64,000 nt of DNA, from contig CBDFJQ010000002.1 in NCBI GenBank assembly GCA_965248575.1, positions 4,960,001 through 5,024,000 of the forward strand, written 5' to 3'. Positions 26,564-36,689 of the stretch are shown here, piece by piece (the stretch's first letter is position 1; every line of letters begins with the position of its first letter). Position numbers and translations under genes: made by a program. The notes beneath the pieces were generated by a model. It had not been told where the DNA came from, did not search any database, and worked only from the letters and a program-made list of their open reading frames with translations. Source of the DNA: Planctomycetota bacterium (lineage in GTDB: Bacteria > Planctomycetota > B15-G4).

Positions 26564-26771
26564 CTGGCGAAGTAGCGGAGTAGGTGTCTTGGAACCCGGC
26601 CTGGAGCCGCGTGTCCTTCGACATCTGACGGCCCTGTCCCCGCCTTGCCCGTCGTCAAACACTCACGGGCGCGCAGGCATCCGGATCGACTATCCTGCGC
26701 GGCCCGTTTTTGCGACCTCCCGCTTCTGGGACGCGACGCGTCCCCCTCTTTGAACCAGGATTTCTCCCATC

Positions 26772-27620
26772 ATGTTGACCGCACTGACCACCGCTTTGCT
26801 GCTCGGTTCCTTGTTCCAGGATGCGGAGCCTGCCGCTCCGGCACCTGCCCACGATCCCAAGGCGATGGTGATCGTGGATGAGTTCACGGACATGCTCTAC
26901 AGCCCCAAGGCCGACGGTCTGCAGACTCTCGCCTTCGACATGATCCTGCCGGCGGGACCCATGGGTGGTTCGCTGGGGACCCTGAGCGTCACGTGGAACA
27001 TGAAGAGCGGGGCCGACGGCTCTTTCGCCATGGCTGACGCCATGAAGGAGCAGATCCCCGAGGCCATGCGGGCCGGGATGATGGAACAGTTGAACGCGCA
27101 GATGGGGGCGATGGCTGGACAGATCGCTGCGATCCAGACCAACCAGGTCATGCAGGACGCACTCGACGGGCGCACGGCTGCACTGGCCGGCGTCGAGGAA
27201 GGCTTCGTCAAGGTCGAGTGCGCAGCGCTGCCCGGCAGCGAGGGCGGCGACCGCACCCTGTACTTCGAGGACGGCTTGCTCGTGCAGACGAAGCAGATGG
27301 TCGCGGGCCAGTTCGGTGAGTCCGAGAGCGTGGGCGTCATGCGCTGGGTTCCCATCGCCAAGGACTCCGAGCTCCTGGTGCTTGGTTCCACGGATGAGAC
27401 CAGCTCTGGCATGACCCAATCCTCGAGCTTCGTGCGTGAGCGAGTGGGCGGCTTCCTGCTGGTGACCGCCATCGAGGCCGAGGCCATGGGGCAGGCGCAG
27501 AAGATGACCTTCACGAACTTCGTGGTGAACGGAAAGCCAGCGGCCCTCAAGGCCGAGGCGACTCCTGACGCCCGTGACACCATGGGTGAGATGGAAGCGG
27601 GCGAGCCGAGCGAGGGCTGA
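26772..27620 (+). CDS. Secreted Met-rich hypothetical protein
   Basis: Signal peptide; alternating beta-strand pattern; coding-like codon use; no family recognised. Confidence 0.7.
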   Translation: MLTALTTALLLGSLFQDAEPAAPAPAHDPKAMVIVDEFTDMLYSPKADGLQTLAFDMILPAGPMGGSLGTLSVTWNMKSGADGSFAMADAMKEQIPEAMRAGMMEQLNAQMGAMAGQIAAIQTNQVMQDALDGRTAALAGVEEGFVKVECAALPGSEGGDRTLYFEDGLLVQTKQMVAGQFGESESVGVMRWVPIAKDSELLVLGSTDETSSGMTQSSSFVRERVGGFLLVTAIEAEAMGQAQKMTFTNFVVNGKPAALKAEATPDARDTMGEMEAGEPSEG

Positions 27621-27646
27621 GCCGCTACACAAGCGGGGAGATCACG

Positions 27647-28936
27647 GTGCGCTCCACATGCTGGCGGTGCCTGAAGCCAGCGCAGCTTTGTGTTTGCTCG
27701 CGCACGCAGCGTGTAGACAACCGCACCCGCGTCTTCTTGCTTCAACACCGGCGTGAGCGCATGCACGCCGTTGGCACCGCGCGACTGGCCCGGCTGGGCT
27801 TGCGAGACGTCGACGTGTGTGACGCGGTGGGCGCAGTGCCGCGTCCGGATCTGCTTCCGGATGCGGCATTGCTCTACCCGAGTGCCGGCTCGCGCGACCT
27901 CGCGAGCCTTGCGCCGAGTGAACGGCCTGGTCAGCTCGTCGTGCTCGATGGGACCTGGCGTCACGCCCGCCGCTTGTTTCTCGACAACCCTTGGTTGGCA
28001 GAGCTGCCGCATGTGCACCTGCGGCCGGAGGAGCCCAGCCGCTACCGCATCCGCAAGCAGCCAGGCGAGCACTGCGTCTCGACACTGGAGTCCCTGGTTT
28101 GCGCCCTGCGCATCCTGGAGCCCGAGACGAAGGGTCTGGATGAACTGCTCTCCGCCTTCGACTCCATGATCGACGAGCAGCAGGAGTTCATGCAGCGGCC
28201 TGCAGCGAAGGGGCGGTATCAGCAACGAGCTCCACGCGCTGCACGTGCGGTTCCGACGATCCTGCTGGAGCAGCCTCAGCGTTTGCTCGTGGTCTACGGG
28301 GAGTCCGCGCCGGGCCCTGCCTTGAGCGCGGCAACTTCCGAAGTCTCAACCGACGTCGACTCAGGGCCCCACGAGGCAACGGGCGCGGCAGCAGCTTGCG
28401 GGCCTCGGCAACTGATCCGTTGGAGTGCGGTGCGACCGGGGTGCAGCGTCGCTGAGATCTTGGAGGGTGCAGCGGGCGCATCAGGATCCAGTCTGGCTGG
28501 TGAACAGTGCCCGGAGGTTTTCGACGCCCTGATCCGACCGGAAACGGGGTCGCCTCAGCCAGGACACCTGGCCCACATGGGGCTCGACCCGGCGGAGTTC
28601 GAGGGCGCTCGCCCCATGGTGGATGTTGCGCGGGATTGGCGGGCCTTCCGCCGTCCGGACGACCTCGTGTTGGCCTGGCACCCGGCGGTCCTGCGCATGC
28701 TGGGCTGGCTGGACCCGATGCCTGGCGAGACCTTCGCCCTGCGAGCCCTGTGGGCGAACGTCACACATCGCAAGATGGGCTCCTTGGCCGACGTTGTCGA
28801 ACAGGCGCAATTGGATCGGCCACATGTGCCGCTGCGCGGGCGAGCTGCTGAGCGACTTGCGGAGGCCGTCGCGGTGGCGCATGAGTTGGTTCGCTCCGCC
28901 CCGCGCGTTGCCCATCTGGGCCGCCGCCCGACCTGA
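27647..28936 (+). CDS. DTW-domain tRNA aminocarboxypropyltransferase (TapT/YfiP-like) fused to a degenerate DnaQ-like domain
   Basis: CWRC...CVC zinc site, LLQH..E, GTARLA, LLYP, VLDGTWRHA, YRIRKQP, STLES; about 230 extra C-terminal residues. Confidence 0.85.
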   Translation: MRSTCWRCLKPAQLCVCSRTQRVDNRTRVFLLQHRRERMHAVGTARLARLGLRDVDVCDAVGAVPRPDLLPDAALLYPSAGSRDLASLAPSERPGQLVVLDGTWRHARRLFLDNPWLAELPHVHLRPEEPSRYRIRKQPGEHCVSTLESLVCALRILEPETKGLDELLSAFDSMIDEQQEFMQRPAAKGRYQQRAPRAARAVPTILLEQPQRLLVVYGESAPGPALSAATSEVSTDVDSGPHEATGAAAACGPRQLIRWSAVRPGCSVAEILEGAAGASGSSLAGEQCPEVFDALIRPETGSPQPGHLAHMGLDPAEFEGARPMVDVARDWRAFRRPDDLVLAWHPAVLRMLGWLDPMPGETFALRALWANVTHRKMGSLADVVEQAQLDRPHVPLRGRAAERLAEAVAVAHELVRSAPRVAHLGRRPT

Positions 28937-29028
28937 AGTGCCCTGAAGATCCCTGCAGAACAGGGCGGGCTGGTGCCGGTGGTAGAGTGTCGCTCCTTGC
29001 TCCAAGCACCTCGGAAAGACCTGTATCG

Positions 29029-29502
29029 ATGCTCATTGCCCGCCCGCGCCGGATGTTTTCGAGAGACTATCTCGTGTCGCGGGACGATGGGGAGCGTGTC
29101 GCCGACCTGGACATCACGCTCCTGAAAGAGGGCGGGGTGCTGCGCTACGACGGCAAGACCTATCGCATCGAGCGGGAGGGTTTCATGCAGGGGCCCTGGC
29201 AACTCAAGGACGGCGCCGAAGTTGTGTTTGAAGCGCAGAAACCAAGCTTGGTTCGCAATCGTTTCATCACCGTGGTCAAGAACGCGTCCCTTGAGTTGGC
29301 GGCGCAGGGTTGGGCGCTGCAGGAGTTCAAGCTCGTGGGCCCCGACTGGGCGCAGCTTGGTCGGGTGCGTCGACCATCGCTTTTCTCCCGGCGAATGGAT
29401 GTGGAGTTGTCGGAGCTGGTGCCGGAACTGGCCCAGCTGTTCTTCCTGTTCCAGGCCATGGTGATCTGGCAGCGTGCCGACGCCGCCGTCAGCACGCCCT
29501 GA
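29029..29502 (+). CDS. Hypothetical protein, possibly tubby-C/LURP/scramblase-like
   Basis: Repeated beta hairpins with KPS/RPS..F motifs and a hydrophobic C-terminal helix. Confidence 0.65.
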   Translation: MLIARPRRMFSRDYLVSRDDGERVADLDITLLKEGGVLRYDGKTYRIEREGFMQGPWQLKDGAEVVFEAQKPSLVRNRFITVVKNASLELAAQGWALQEFKLVGPDWAQLGRVRRPSLFSRRMDVELSELVPELAQLFFLFQAMVIWQRADAAVSTP

Positions 29503-29503
29503 C

Positions 29504-30295
29504 TTAGTGCACGCTCATGCTGCGCCCGTTATCGGCGGCGCTGAGCCCTAGCAGGATGTCGGCGTTGCGTTCAGCCCACGGTTCCGGGCTGTCCGTTTGT
29601 CGCGCGGTCTCGGGTTGGCACTTGCGAAGCATCTCTGTATTGATGATTCCGGGGCTCAAGCACACGGCGGCCAGGCCTTCGGGCAATTCCTGGGACAGGC
29701 TGCTGCTGAAACCTTCCACGGCAAACTTGGTCGTGCAGTACGGCCCGACGAGAGGCGACGCGGATCGCCCCCAGCCCGAGCTGAAGTTCACGATCACGCG
29801 CGTGCGGGTCGGCGTGGCAGGCGTGCTGGTTGTCTGGCTGGCCGCCAGCATGCGCGGGACGAAGGAGCGCACGACGTTGGCGAGGCCTCCCACATTGACG
29901 GCCAAGAGCTGATCGAACTGGGCCGCTGGTATCTCCCAGAGGGGCGCCAGGTCGTTCATGAGCGCCGCATTGTTCAGTACGAGGTCGGGGATGAAGCCCG
30001 CGTCGTGCAGGCGGGACGCCCAAGCTTCCACGGCGCCAGGATCTGCCACGTCAATGGCTGCGAAGGGCAGCGTGCCGGCTGCGCTGGAAGACAGGCGTTC
30101 CTGCTCCTGCCATGGGAGGAGAGCGTTGAGTTCGGCCAGGGCGGCGGCCGAACGACCGCAGCCGACCACGCTGTGGCCTCGCTGCGTGAAGGCCAGCGCG
30201 AGTGCCCGGCCTACCCCGCGTGTTGCCCCGGTGATCAAGACCTTGCGCTCGTCAGCCGCCGGTAGCGGACCGAGCGAGCGTGCATTGGAGGGCAA
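29504..30295 (-). CDS. Short-chain dehydrogenase/reductase
   Basis: ITGATRGVG, NNAA, NFSSGWG, YCTTK, PGIINTEM. Confidence 0.92.
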   Translation of the reverse strand: MPSNARSLGPLPAADERKVLITGATRGVGRALALAFTQRGHSVVGCGRSAAALAELNALLPWQEQERLSSSAAGTLPFAAIDVADPGAVEAWASRLHDAGFIPDLVLNNAALMNDLAPLWEIPAAQFDQLLAVNVGGLANVVRSFVPRMLAASQTTSTPATPTRTRVIVNFSSGWGRSASPLVGPYCTTKFAVEGFSSSLSQELPEGLAAVCLSPGIINTEMLRKCQPETARQTDSPEPWAERNADILLGLSAADNGRSMSVH

Positions 30296-30296
30296 C

Positions 30297-30950
30297 TCAG
30301 CGCGTCTCGTCGAAGTAGTCGAGCTTGTCCACCGACATGAAGATGCTTGAGACGATGTTCATGGAGTGGGCCATGACACGCTTCACGTAGCGGTACATGA
30401 GAGCGGCGGGGACGGGGTGGGAACTCTCTGCCGAGTTGGTGAGCAGGTGCTTGACCCGCTCGTCGCAGTGACGCAGGACGGCTTCTCCTTGCTCGCAGAA
30501 CGCGCGCGCAAGATTCTCGTCCTGGCTTTCGTGCAGGTTGCGCATCTTCGCCAGCAGGCGGCTGACCTGGTCCTTGAGCTGGACGAGGTCCGCGCGACAC
30601 GGTTCCGCTGCGAAGTCGGAGACGTTCGAGCCCAGCTCGAAGATGTTCTTGGCGTAGTCACCGATGCGCTCTGCATCCTTCACGAGGCTCATGAGCTTCA
30701 GGCAGACCGGGAACTCAGCGCGATCGCTGACGGTGACGTGCACCACGATCTCCCGTCGGATCTTCTGCTCCACGGCATTGATGCGGCGATCCGTCGCGTA
30801 GAGATCGTCCCGCACGGTCTCGGGGTCGGTGCCCCCGAGCAGGGTGTTGGACGCCGCGTCGAAGATGTGCCGGCCGTCCTCAAGCATCTGGCCGAACTGC
30901 TGGAAGATGCGGGCCAGGCCCTGCTTGTCGCCGAGTAGCCAATGGAACAT
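30297..30950 (-). CDS. PhoU-domain phosphate regulatory protein
   Basis: D..IN..E..IRR, VKDAERIGDYAKNI, two helical PhoU-like repeats; directly downstream of the Na/Pi transporter. Confidence 0.88.
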   Translation of the reverse strand: MFHWLLGDKQGLARIFQQFGQMLEDGRHIFDAASNTLLGGTDPETVRDDLYATDRRINAVEQKIRREIVVHVTVSDRAEFPVCLKLMSLVKDAERIGDYAKNIFELGSNVSDFAAEPCRADLVQLKDQVSRLLAKMRNLHESQDENLARAFCEQGEAVLRHCDERVKHLLTNSAESSHPVPAALMYRYVKRVMAHSMNIVSSIFMSVDKLDYFDETR

Positions 30951-30959
30951 ATGTGTTTC

Positions 30960-32090
30960 TCAGTCGAAGAAGAGAATGGCCGCGCCGGGGACCGCCACGA
31001 AGGCGACCAGCACGTAGACCAGCAGCCAAAGTTTGTTCTTTGTCGCCAAGGCAGCCAGACGACGAGCGCCCCGGAGGGGGATCTCCCGGAGCGCGGGGAT
31101 GGGGTAGAAAATCAGCGTCCCCAGCATGTTGAACAGCAGGTGCACCAGGGCAATGGTCAGGCCCAAGGAGCTGTCAGCGGCCATGGACGCCAACAAGGCG
31201 GTGACCGTCGTTCCGATGTTTGCGCCCAGCGTGATGGGGTAGGCGTTCCTGAGAGTGAGGATACCAGCAGCGCAGAGCGGGACGAGCAGCGAGGTCGTGA
31301 TGGACGAGGACTGCACGGACACCGTGATGAGCAGCCCCGCCACCATGCCGAGCAAGCCCGACCTGCCGAGCACGCTATTGAGCGATGCCTCGATGCGCGC
31401 GACGAGCAAGGCGCGCATGTTCTTGGTGATGTGGTTGAGACACAGGAAGATCATCAGGAGGGCGCAGACGAGCAGCGCCGTGGCCAGACCTCCGCCCGTA
31501 AGTCCCATGTCCTCAAGCAGGGACTGGATGAACTTGGTGCCCCCCTTGACGGCACCCTTGATGGGGCTCTTGTACTTGACTCCGTCGCCCATGGACACGA
31601 AGTCGGTCAACCAGATGGCCGAACGTTCCATGACGCCCGTGGCCAGCTCGAGGGGCAGCAGCAAGGCGACGGCGCAGTAGTTGAAGATGTCATGCACCGT
31701 GGCACAGGCGAAGGCGCGATTGAACTCGGCCGAACGCCTGACGCTGCCGACGCTGACGAGCGTGTTGGTCACCGTTGTGCCGATGTTGGCGCCCATGATC
31801 ATGGGCACGGCAATACTCAGGTCGAGCTGGCCGGACCCGCAGAGAGCGACGATCGTCGAGGTGGTCACCGAGGAGCTTTGCACCAGCACCGTGCCGAGGA
31901 TGCCGACGGCAAGGGCCGCGAAGGGGCCGGAGACACCCTCGAAGAGTCCGCCTGCGTGGCCCTCGCCGAGAATCTTGAAGGCCGATGACATGAGCCCGAT
32001 GGCCACCAAGAATCCGAAGAGCAAACCCAACAGCAGCAGTATGCGAGCCCATGGGGGCAAGCCGCGGGGGGTCGCGGGATGGTTCGTCAT
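30960..32090 (-). CDS. Na+/phosphate symporter (NptA/SLC34-like)
   Basis: Duplicated VQSSS(V/I)TTS and GANIGTTVT motifs; multiple TM helices. Confidence 0.93.
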   Translation of the reverse strand: MTNHPATPRGLPPWARILLLLGLLFGFLVAIGLMSSAFKILGEGHAGGLFEGVSGPFAALAVGILGTVLVQSSSVTTSTIVALCGSGQLDLSIAVPMIMGANIGTTVTNTLVSVGSVRRSAEFNRAFACATVHDIFNYCAVALLLPLELATGVMERSAIWLTDFVSMGDGVKYKSPIKGAVKGGTKFIQSLLEDMGLTGGGLATALLVCALLMIFLCLNHITKNMRALLVARIEASLNSVLGRSGLLGMVAGLLITVSVQSSSITTSLLVPLCAAGILTLRNAYPITLGANIGTTVTALLASMAADSSLGLTIALVHLLFNMLGTLIFYPIPALREIPLRGARRLAALATKNKLWLLVYVLVAFVAVPGAAILFFD

Positions 32091-32326
32091 CGCAGGTGTG
32101 GACACGGGGTCTCCGGCTCCAGGAACGCTGGGCCCAGCTGCCTCGGAGCAAATCGTCCTCACGCCTCGCTCACGAAGTCTTTCCTCAGGCCCGGGCACTT
32201 TCCGAATCAAGGCCCCCCGAATCAAGGGATGCGGCCGGAGTCTGGTGACGTCCAGATCCTGAGTGGGCGCCCGGCGACTTTGCGTCTGCGCACTGAGGCC
32301 CATAGTCGGGCGGGAACAGTGGGCGG

Positions 32327-33382
32327 ATGCTGGGCCTCATGCACAAGCTCATGACCCCTCTGACCCGGGAGCTGACCCTACGGCGGTTGGCTGCTCTGGA
32401 TGACCTCATTGGCGACACGCCCCTGCTGGCCATCGAGCTGCTGGATGACGGCCAGCCCCGAACCCTCTACGCCAAGCTCGAGAGCAAGAACTTCACGGGC
32501 AGTATCAAGGACCGCATGGCCTTCCATATCCTTGAATCAGCATATGAGCGCGGTGAGATCGAGCCTGGGGCCACGATCGTCGAGGCCACCAGTGGAAACA
32601 CCGGGATCTCCTTCGCTGCTGTGGGCCGTGCCATGGGTCACCCCGTGCGGATCTTCATGCCCGACTGGATGAGCCAGGAGCGGGTGGCGGTGATTCGCAG
32701 TCTAGGTGCGGAGATCATTCCGGTGTCCATGGAGGAGGGGGGCTTTCTGGGAGCGATCAGGCTGGCGGAGCAGGATGCCGGGGACGGGCGCAGCCAGGTC
32801 TTCCACCCGCGTCAGTTCGAGAGCGAATCCAATGTCGAGGCCCATGCCATGGCGACGGGGCCCGAGCTGGTGGACCAGTTGGGCAGCTTGGGCCTGACCC
32901 CGACGGCCTTCGTAGCGGGGGTAGGCACCGGGGGCACCGTCATGGGCGTCGGGCGGTTCTTCCGGGAGCAGGTCCCCCAGGCCACGGTCCATCCCCTGGA
33001 GCCAGCGGACTCTCCCACTTTGCGTACAGGAACGAAGGTCGGGAAGCACCGGATCCAAGGCATCAGCGACGAGTTCATTCCGCCCATCGTGGATCTCGCC
33101 GGCCTGGACGAGATCGTCGATGTTCGGGACGGTGATGCGATCCTCATGGCGCAGCGCCTGGCGGAACAGCTGGGCCTCGCCGTGGGCATCAGCTCCGGCG
33201 CGAACTTCGTCGGCGCCCTGAAATGTGCGCGGCAGCAAGGCCCTGAGGCCGTGGTGGCGACAGTCTTCCCGGACAGCAACAAGAAGTACCTCTCCACGGA
33301 CCTATGTCGCGTTGAGCCCGTGCAGGATGGAGACCTGACACCTCACGTGCAGCTGCTCACCTTCCGTGTCGTGAAGGTCTGA
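32327..33382 (+). CDS. PLP-dependent cysteine synthase family protein (start uncertain)
   Basis: [49 protein letters not shown]. Confidence 0.9.
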   Translation: MLGLMHKLMTPLTRELTLRRLAALDDLIGDTPLLAIELLDDGQPRTLYAKLESKNFTGSIKDRMAFHILESAYERGEIEPGATIVEATSGNTGISFAAVGRAMGHPVRIFMPDWMSQERVAVIRSLGAEIIPVSMEEGGFLGAIRLAEQDAGDGRSQVFHPRQFESESNVEAHAMATGPELVDQLGSLGLTPTAFVAGVGTGGTVMGVGRFFREQVPQATVHPLEPADSPTLRTGTKVGKHRIQGISDEFIPPIVDLAGLDEIVDVRDGDAILMAQRLAEQLGLAVGISSGANFVGALKCARQQGPEAVVATVFPDSNKKYLSTDLCRVEPVQDGDLTPHVQLLTFRVVKV

Positions 33383-33439
33383 ACACCGTTCGGTCACACC
33401 GCGTGGCCTCTTGATGACGACACCGTTCAGTCACCCCGC
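33383..33439 (+). repeat. Two 20-bp direct repeats (18/20 identical), 37-bp period
   Basis: ACACCGTTCGGTCACACCGC at 33383 and ACACCGTTCAGTCACCCCGC at 33420. Confidence 0.75.
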
Positions 33440-33594
33440 CCAAGGGGGCATTCGTACGATGGGGGCTTCGCGACGCGTTGCGCCGGTGCGACGTCGGTCA
33501 CGAAGTGATGCGGATCGCACAGGGCAGCGTGGGGTCGACCGTTCTCGGTGAGGTCACTGAAGTGCGGCGGCCGTCAGGAACGAAGGAGAACAGC

Positions 33595-33834
33595 GTGGCT
33601 GATCGCAGCGGCACGAGGCAGGGTGAGTGGTGTGCAGGGGGAGGGTCCACGGAACTGGGGGCGGGCCAACGACCAGCGCGCCGGTCTTTCGAGAGCCGCG
33701 AGCGTCTGCGCCGTCGCAGAAGCCAACTGGTCCACAGCGCGCCGGCCCGTGTCGCCGCCTGGCGCTCCTTGCGGAAACGCCACCGCTGGGATTGGTTGAC
33801 TCACTTGTTCAGCCGCAAGCGACCCGCGACCTGA
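33595..33834 (+). CDS. Possible small basic protein (79 aa)
   Basis: AAGGAG 7 nt before the GTG; fills an intergenic gap; no family recognised. Confidence 0.35.
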   Translation: MADRSGTRQGEWCAGGGSTELGAGQRPARRSFESRERLRRRRSQLVHSAPARVAAWRSLRKRHRWDWLTHLFSRKRPAT

Positions 33835-33840
33835 ATTCAC

Positions 33841-35958
33841 TCAGCTCTGGTTGTGGTCGCTGTGTGTGCTGCCGATCCGACTTGGTGACCAGGGCTTGGC
33901 CTTCATGAGTGTCTCCACGAAGGCCCAGAGGGCCCACAGGCCCCAGCACCAGAAGAGCACCCATGCGATGGACTCGTGGCCAAACAAGGCAGCGCCACCG
34001 ATGAACACGGCCGGCCAGAACATCTTCTGCGCTGCCTCGCTCAGGTCGAACTCCCATTCGGTCCTGCCTCGGTGCCCCAAGCGGATGTCGCCCTCGAAGC
34101 TGTCGGCCTCCAGTTGGCCGTCGCCCATGCCCACGACGCCTTCCATGAAAGACTGACCCAGGACCGGGTCGACGGAATCGAGGTTGCAAGTGAGGGCTCC
34201 TGAAAGCGTCCGGACGTCGTAGCGGAAGCTGCAGGAGGTCTCGGCGACTCCGATGTCGATGGAGCCACTGTCGCTGTGCAGCTTTCCTCGGCCCGAAGAC
34301 ATGCGCAGGCCATTCAGGACGACGCGTCCCTTGCGTGTGTTGACGATGAAGTCGTCGCTGACGAGTCCGTTGATGGAGACCGAACCGCCTTCGGTGCGTT
34401 CCAGCTCCAGTCTGCCGGCGTGGTCGCGGACCTTGGCGATGCCGCTGCCGGGGTCAAAGCGCAGCGGGGCGCGCAGACTGGAAACTGTCGCATTCACTTC
34501 GACACCAGAGATCCGCACGGGGAGGTCCTCCGGCAGATGCACCGTCGCCTCGTGCTTCGGCAGTTGGATCTCGAGGCCCGTAAGGGAGTCGGCCTCGGTA
34601 CCTGTCCAGTTGCTGGACTGGGCTTCGACGCTCGTGAGCTTGACCTTCTTGATCTTGCCGTCGGTACTGATGCCGATTTCCGGGCGTGACCACGTGCGAA
34701 TCTCGAGATCCTCGTCGGTCTCCAGGCAGATGCGAACCCAGGCGGCCTCCTTCTGGCCCAGGGCCTGATCCGTCTTGGAATCCACCACGGTGATCGAGCG
34801 CGTGCCAGTGAAGCGGTAGGGCTGGGGGTCGCGCACGGCCCTGGGGAAGTCTGCTGCTGCTCCCGCGACCGCTCCTGCGGCAGCCACGGCCGGGGTCGGC
34901 TTGGGCCCCGGGCCACCTCTTCGCACCGAGGCGATGTCGGTGCCGAGGTCGCTGGCGCTTTGGTAGCGGCGGTCTGGTTCATTGTGCAGCGCCTTCAGCA
35001 CCAACTTGTCGACGCCCGCCGTGACTTTCGCGGCATGGCTCGGTGGGTCGAAGTGCCCAGCCGGCAACTTTCCAGTGAGCAATTCGTAGAGCACGACACC
35101 CAGGGCGTAGATGTCCGCGCGGTGGTCGACCCGGGCTGAGCTCTTCTGCTCGGGCGCCATGTAGTTGTAGGTCCCGAGCACGACATTGGTGCCCGTGAGA
35201 TTCGCCGATGGATGCTCATCCCGCAGGACTTTGGCCAGGCCGAAATCCACGACGCGCGGTTCGCCGTTGCTGTCGATGAGGATGTTCTCGGGCTTGATGT
35301 CACGGTGCACGATGCCCTGGTCGTGGGCGAAGTGCAGGGCATCACAGACCTTGCCGACCACCGCCAGGGCCTGGTCGGGCGCGATCGTCTCGCGGGCCAT
35401 GAGCTGCCGCAGGTTGACGCCCGGAACGAACTCCATCACGAAGTAGTGCACATCGCCCTGGCTGCCCATGTCGTGGATGGCCACGATGTTCGCGTGTACC
35501 AGCTTGGCGAGGGCGCGCGCCTCGCGCTGGAAACGCTGGACGAGCTGTGCGTCCCGGGCGAGGTTGGGGGACAGCACCTTGATGGCGAGGATGCGGTCGA
35601 GGTGCAGATGCTTGGCGCGGTAGATGCGCCCCATGGCTCCCTCGCCGATGACCGACTCCAAGCGGTACTGGCCGAGCAGCGAGCCCTCGGGGAGAGCGTC
35701 CCCGTTGTCGTTGAGGACCGGGTGGCTGGGGGTGCCCTTGCCGCCGAAGGTCGGGTGGGCGCCGTGGTTGGTGGCCGCCAGCCGTTCCATGCGGTCCTGG
35801 ACCTCGAAGTAGCCGGCGAGGTCGTCCGCCAGATCGGGGTGCGCGGCCAGGAGAGCCTTGCGATCAGGGTTGTCCCCCTGGTCGAGCTGGCAGAGGTAGT
35901 CGGCGAGCACGGCTTGAAAACGGTCCGCCCTGTCTGGGCTGGGGCTAGGCTGGGTCAT
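33841..35958 (-). CDS. Ser/Thr kinase with a DUF4097 (toastrack/adhesin-like) beta-solenoid and a C-terminal TM hairpin
   Basis: IGEGAMG, AIKVL, HRDIKPEN, DFGLAK, GTYNYMAPEQ; (T/S)xxGxI/V repeats; ATGA overlap with the sigma factor stop. Confidence 0.9.
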   Translation of the reverse strand: MTQPSPSPDRADRFQAVLADYLCQLDQGDNPDRKALLAAHPDLADDLAGYFEVQDRMERLAATNHGAHPTFGGKGTPSHPVLNDNGDALPEGSLLGQYRLESVIGEGAMGRIYRAKHLHLDRILAIKVLSPNLARDAQLVQRFQREARALAKLVHANIVAIHDMGSQGDVHYFVMEFVPGVNLRQLMARETIAPDQALAVVGKVCDALHFAHDQGIVHRDIKPENILIDSNGEPRVVDFGLAKVLRDEHPSANLTGTNVVLGTYNYMAPEQKSSARVDHRADIYALGVVLYELLTGKLPAGHFDPPSHAAKVTAGVDKLVLKALHNEPDRRYQSASDLGTDIASVRRGGPGPKPTPAVAAAGAVAGAAADFPRAVRDPQPYRFTGTRSITVVDSKTDQALGQKEAAWVRICLETDEDLEIRTWSRPEIGISTDGKIKKVKLTSVEAQSSNWTGTEADSLTGLEIQLPKHEATVHLPEDLPVRISGVEVNATVSSLRAPLRFDPGSGIAKVRDHAGRLELERTEGGSVSINGLVSDDFIVNTRKGRVVLNGLRMSSGRGKLHSDSGSIDIGVAETSCSFRYDVRTLSGALTCNLDSVDPVLGQSFMEGVVGMGDGQLEADSFEGDIRLGHRGRTEWEFDLSEAAQKMFWPAVFIGGAALFGHESIAWVLFWCWGLWALWAFVETLMKAKPWSPSRIGSTHSDHNQS

Positions 35959-36539
35959 GAGTCCTCCAAGGACACGAGCAGTTCCCTGAGTTGCGACAGA
36001 CCTCGGTGCAGCAAGCCAGCGGCGGCTGCCGTGCTGCGGTCCATGCGTTCGGCGATTTCCGCCAGGGAACACGATTGCCAGTAACGGAGGACGATGGCCT
36101 GAGCCTGGGCTTCGGGGAGGGCGCTGAGCCCATCCGACAAGCGCAGCAAGCGCTCGTGCCCCACCAGGATTTCGCTGGGGCTCGCCTGATCTGCAGCGAG
36201 CCAGGCGGCCACGTCGAGGCCGCTTCGTTCCAGGGCAGGTCCCAGCGCACGCTCCAGCGGCACCTCCCGGTCCACATCGCGCTTGGCCCGACGCAGGTCG
36301 CGCAGGGCGTTCTTCACGTTGTGCCCCAGGATTCGCCGCAGCCAGCCCGCCAGTTGGGCCGAGTTGCTGCCGCGAAAGTGCTCGCGATCCCGGTGGGCTT
36401 CAAGGAGCGTCTGCTGGACGATGTCGGATGCATCGAGGCGCTCCTTGAGCCTGGGGTGCAACTGCGCCCTGGCCAGGACGTGGAGATAGCTCCGGTACCT
36501 GTCCAGGGGCGGAAGTTGTGGCGAGACGTGTGGGTTCAT
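35955..36539 (-). CDS. ECF sigma-70 factor, planctomycete-type (TIGR02984-like)
   Basis: YRSYL..LAR.QL, DASDIVQQTLLEAH, WLRRIL, KRDVDRE, SPSE, region 4 LAEIAERM.RS..A.AGLL.RGL. Confidence 0.92.
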   Translation of the reverse strand: MNPHVSPQLPPLDRYRSYLHVLARAQLHPRLKERLDASDIVQQTLLEAHRDREHFRGSNSAQLAGWLRRILGHNVKNALRDLRRAKRDVDREVPLERALGPALERSGLDVAAWLAADQASPSEILVGHERLLRLSDGLSALPEAQAQAIVLRYWQSCSLAEIAERMDRSTAAAAGLLHRGLSQLRELLVSLEDS

Positions 36540-36689
36540 TCCATGTCCTCGGAGCTCTAGGCACCGTGGTTCGAGAAACTACGCGCAGAAAATCCCGGCT
36601 GTTCGATTGTCGCAGATCGGACACCCTAGCGGCCTTGACGCGAAGCGGGGAGGCTGATGTCCTGAGGTGGAACCTCCCGGGAGATTGCC

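Noticed and set aside
30297..32090. Na/Pi symporter plus PhoU pair as a novel system
   Set aside because: This is a well-known association.
33383..33439. Direct repeats as a mini CRISPR array
   Set aside because: Only two copies, a 17-bp spacer, and no cas genes in the window.
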